Shown one piece after another: positions 60,101-64,000 of a stretch of DNA of 64,000 bases. Below the pieces are notes generated by a model. It had not been told where the DNA came from. It saw nothing but the letters and a program-made list of their open reading frames with translations, and ran no database searches. Source of the stretch: Aplysia californica (lineage: Eukaryota); assembly GCF_000002075.1 (NCBI RefSeq), contig NW_004797425.1, forward strand, positions 1,220,010 through 1,284,009, written 5' to 3'. How positions within the stretch are numbered: position 1 is the stretch's first letter; each line of letters opens with the position of its first letter. A program made the position numbers and the translations under genes.

Positions 60101-63100
60101 CCACTTTTTTACCTGCTAATGTCTTTACAACTCAAAAAGTTAGACAGATATTAAAAATCTGACAGCATGACTAGATTCTTCATTAAAAAATGTACTAGAC
60201 TGCCAAGTTTCATTTTACATATTCCAAGAAATAGGCGAGCTATGACAAATATTGTCTCAAAACGCACCGAAAACGGCCACATTTTTACCTATAAACGTCT
60301 TCATAACTCAAAAAATAGGATAGCTATGAAAAATCTGAAAGCAGGACTAGATTCTGCACTAGAAAATGTACTGGGTTTCAAAGTTTCTTTTAAATACTCC
60401 GAAAAATGAGCGAGTTATGACAAATATTGTCTCAAAACTCACCAAAGAACGTCCCATATTTTGGGGTTTTTTTCATTATATAAAAGTGTACCAAAAATTA
60501 ATTGATTTAAAAATCCGTAACTTTTTTGTTTATTGATGGATTTCAAAAATTCAAAAAGTTCCATGCTCTGTGAAGATAAAGCTACAAAATGCACATATTT
60601 GCAAACACTTTCTGGCAAAAAAAGGTTTTTCGTGGTCATTGCTATATAATATTCATCGATTTCAGAGTGGTTGCTCGTTACGGAACCCTGTCATCCTGAA
60701 AGTCATATGTGCCGCCCGTCTCCATATAGCTTTAAGGCTTGAAAATAGTCTGGGGTCACATGGATGAATCTCGTAAGAGGCATTCTCCAGCAAGCAGTCC
60801 AACACAATTCCATTCTGAACACAAATGTCCGAAGACCCCATAGTCAAATGCGTCCTGTGACCATCAACAAACAAAGTGACTGGTCTTTTGATTTCATTCT
60901 TGTCAAGGTGGACATTGAACACTTTCTTCAGCCAAGAATAGAATAGTTCGGCGTCCATTTGAGGACCGGCCAAATGCCGCACTTTCAAATCCGTAGAGGG
61001 GGTTTTAGTTGAAGCGGCACCCAGCAAAGACAATCATAGGCTGAACATATGTTCCAGCAGCACTCAAACCAGCCATGATAGTGACGACTCTTGTCAGAAG
61101 TTGTAAAGTTATACGAGTGTCTGGATTCTTTTGCACACAGAACTTTCCCGCTCCTGGGACAAAGCGGAAAGCCAGTCTCATCTGCATTGTACCAACGGTT
61201 TGCCTCCTCTTCGTAGGTTTTCAGGACGCACTTCTGACTGGATTTCTCATGTATTTTGCCATACGATGTAGCTCTTGGAGTATTGTATTCCTTGGAAATG
61301 GATCAATTTCAAACTGCAGTAATTTTTGCAGCAGATCACGTTTTGCAAAGCATTTTCTTGAAAATTTCAAATCTAATTGCAAAACCATCTAATTATAGGG
61401 AAAAGCATGGTGCTGAATCTTGCGCTTCCTTAAAGTGTGAAGTTTTTCTTCATTTCTTGGCCTGATTTTTGTTTGTGCTGTGATGTCTGCTAAATATGAT
61501 GGAAAGATACATTTTTGGCATTATGTAAAAGGTGTCCATTTATTTCTTTTCAGCTTTTGAATGAAACAAAACTTCAAAATAGTGAAAACCTGTATCAAGA
61601 CTTTGAGACACCTGAGAAAGCTTCCAAAGTGTGAGTAGAGTTATGATTACAATTCTGTATTGCGAGAAATTCTAGGGGAGTCGTTGCCAAAATATAAGAG
61701 GACAGTTGAGGAGGAAATTCCAGTTTTCATCTCTTTTATTAAGGAAAGTAAATTTTTCTTTTCGGAAGTGTTAAATCAAGTAAAGTAAGACGAGAAATAA
61801 TAACGTGGTACTGTCAGTGTAATGTTTAGTCTACTGTGCCTTGTTTTGCTTCCCTTTAGTACACTTTCCTAGTATAATGACTATAAACGAATATATTTGA
61901 TAACTTTTTATGTATTTACAAGCATAGTGGTAATTCAGATTTTGAATGAAAAGTTGCGTATTGTCTTTTTTCTTTGCACTTTTTTAAAGCTTGTATGTGA
62001 GGCATCTTCGTGAAATCAGGTGCTCGTCAAAATGCTGATATCGAAGACACCAGCTTTTTTCTTCCCATTTGGCAGTTTTTATGGAATAAGAATTTTTTTT
62101 GTCCATTTAAAAACACAGTTCTGTGTGGTTTTGACCGAAAAACATTAATCAAAGGGACAAAAACTGTAAAAGTAAATGTTCAATTTTCAAAGACTCTAAA
62201 GCTAGATTTTCTCGCTAATTTTACCTCTGAACCCGGTCACCCCACCTCCTTCAATCGCAAATATCTCGATTTCTCTTTTAAAGATGAAAGGATATTTTTA
62301 CCATTCAAATCAGGGTAAATGAGCAGGCTTTAAGATGATACGGATAACATAACTCCATATGTCAAGAAACTGACAAGCGCCTGATTCTACGTTGTGACAT
62401 ATTTATTGTTTAAAATTGGCTTTTAATGTATCATAACACCCCAACCCCTCCTGTCAACTTGATGTTAAAAAAAAGACTATACAAGCAGACTGAGTTTTAG
62501 AATTTGAAATAATTAAAAATATGTGAAAATACTTTTAAGTGCTCTATGGTTAAATATTTTAAAATTCAAATGCCATATAAAAATATGGATGTGATGACAG
62601 GTTGGGCATTGAAAGGGAAGTTTCAGAATATAGTATGGATGAATTCTAGGCATGAATCAATAATGCGTTACATAATAAATTAGTAATTCAAATTTTTTCT
62701 CTCACACTTTCATAGCCATACGCGACAGAACATTTGCGAGAGCACAAAAATACCTGTATGTTTTGCCTTGTTGGTTACCTGTACGTTTGCCCCCTTTTTT
62801 TTTTCAGTCTGAAGCTGAAGCACTTTGAAAAGTTTGAGAACATCAATGAGGCTGTTGCAGGTAATAGATTTGTTGCTGTGTTGTGCTTGCATGTGTTAAG
62901 ATCATGTGTGGTGGGTCTTATAAGTTATAAGCCAACTGCCATGGTTTGGAGGGGGGGGGGGGGGTGATACATTGTGTTTTCAAGCTTTTTTAAATTTTTA
63001 TTTTTGTTTTACAATGCTCACACCTGCTTACGGTCATAAGCACATTTAACGTTTTAGTTTGGTAGGAATTTTGAATTTTGATTGGATGGCGGCTGAAGTT

Positions 63101-63638
63101 CTGAAGCATCAGAGTATGTTTGATAAAAGTAAGATTTGTTAATATGGCAACTCTTAACATTTTTGTTCTATATTGAGGGGGGGGGGGGGCGTGTACTTTT
63201 TAGAGACAATAGTTGTTTTTACTGCAAGATACTTGCTCCTGCCAAGTTTGTGTTAAAATTGGACTTCACTTTTTTGAAAGGCTCGGTGAGAAAACAAAGA
63301 TATTGTTTTTTGTTTCAGATGGTGTAATGAACGTAGAGACTGTTTTTTATTATTCATGTTCATGAACTCTGTCAGTTTTCGTCTGATTTGCCCCACCTTT
63401 TTCGCGTAGAAACCCCTCCCTGCTCTATGGGCTTATTTTTTCCTGACAACAAAAAGTGCAATACTTAAGCAGCTTACATCCTCTTCATAATGGTATGTTG
63501 TCTCTATCATCAGGAAACCTCACTGTAGAAAATGAAAAAGTTGGAAAGAACCTGAAGAGGCTGGTAAAGAAACACATTCTTAAAGATGCTGAGGCTGAGT
63601 TGGCTGTTGCAGATGCTAAACTTGGAAAACTGCTCAAG
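57153..63638 (+). CDS. NOP58: Nucleolar protein 58 (box C/D snoRNP core), 5' part only; join(57153..57197,61554..61630,62808..62860,63514..63638), continues beyond window
   Basis: Spliced translation MLVLFESAAGYALFK|LLNETKLQNSENLYQDFETPEKASKV|LKLKHFEKFENINEAVA|GNLTVENEKVGKNLKRLVKKHILKDAEAELAVADAKLGKLLK matches the NOP58 N-terminal (NOP5NT) region rather than NOP56. GT-AG junctions, phases 0/2/1/0. Confidence 0.93.
57790..58335 (-). mobile_element. Second copy of the TATTCTCACCC-family element, in NOP58 intron 1
   Basis: The reverse complement is highly similar to 44820-45245 (paired spurious ORFs MMLKHKSKLI...). Confidence 0.8.
60153..60462. repeat. Tandem ~177-bp repeat, probably subterminal repeats of a DNA transposon
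   Basis: AAAATCTGA.AGCA.GACTAGATTCT...TATGACAAATATTGTCTCAAAAC occurs twice, adjacent to the pogo remnant. Confidence 0.75.
60690..61200 (-). pseudogene. Decayed pogo-family (DDE_1) transposase in NOP58 intron 1
   Basis: Frameshifted pieces ADETGFPLCP..KVL, VTIMAGLSAAGTYVQPMIVF, and RPVTLFVDGHRTH...HPCDPRLFSSLKAIW cover the three catalytic motifs of DDE_1 transposases. Confidence 0.85.
61996..62399. mobile_element. MITE family C copy in NOP58 intron 2
   Basis: TA|TGTGAGGCATC...GAAATCAGGTGCTCGTCAA and ...GCGCCTGATTC...GTGACA|TA; body colinear with the 48070 copy. Confidence 0.8.
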
Positions 63639-64000
63639 GTTAGTGTCATGTACATGGAATCTTACTTTGGTTGTGGAACTTTTTTTCATTGCTGTAAATA
63701 CTCTTCTTTTATCTCCGTCGGGGTTAAACCCACTATGCCATGGCTCCTTTTTGGTACTAAATCTAAAAATGCTGAAAGCGTCACTAAATTGATCATTTGA
63801 TCAAAACAAGAACCTATTTCGATAGTTCTTCATCTAATGAATGAACTCCCAGTAAAAGAGACCTGTTTTCGGCAATTGCCGAAAAGTAATTTGATGTAGA
63901 AGTTGTCGTAAAGGAATGACATATGCAGGACCTGGCTCACCGGCGCAACAGTTCCGACTGCGAGCCGCTGGGAGCGTTTTGCTGGAGTAAAGAGTTAATT

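Noticed and set aside
63765-63845. SNORD70/SNORD11-like guide (CGTCACTA) in NOP58 intron 4
   Set aside because: Only 8 nt of complementarity and non-canonical boxes.

Overview
AT-rich, intron-containing animal (eukaryotic) genomic scaffold with many N gaps. It is probably a lophotrochozoan and plausibly a gastropod mollusc; this is inferred from repeat content only. Four spliced protein genes can be rebuilt by hand with GT-AG, phase-consistent junctions. DNAJC22/wurst (+, 3 coding exons, 352 aa) converges on RNF41/NRDP1 (-, 7 coding exons, 315 aa) across about 20 kb of non-coding DNA. An unrecognised 2-exon gene (+, 281 aa) is built from about 5 copies of a ~21-aa [ST]xxE...[IV]xRLxxPT repeat. 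The first four coding exons of NOP58 (+) follow, and the gene runs off the window. The rest is dominated by mobile DNA: tRNA-headed SINEs, a headless ~180-bp retroposon sharing the SINE 3' tail, several MITE families, a foldback mariner derivative, a THAP-encoding 8-bp-TSD element nested in a MITE, a decayed pogo/DDE_1 transposase, and micro/minisatellites. There are no prokaryotic systems, CRISPR arrays, rRNA genes or genuine tRNA genes. The most interesting items are the orphan repeat protein, the fixed-5'-end headless retroposon, the nested THAP element, and an exon-bearing contig that splits one TIR element (misassembly or exon capture).
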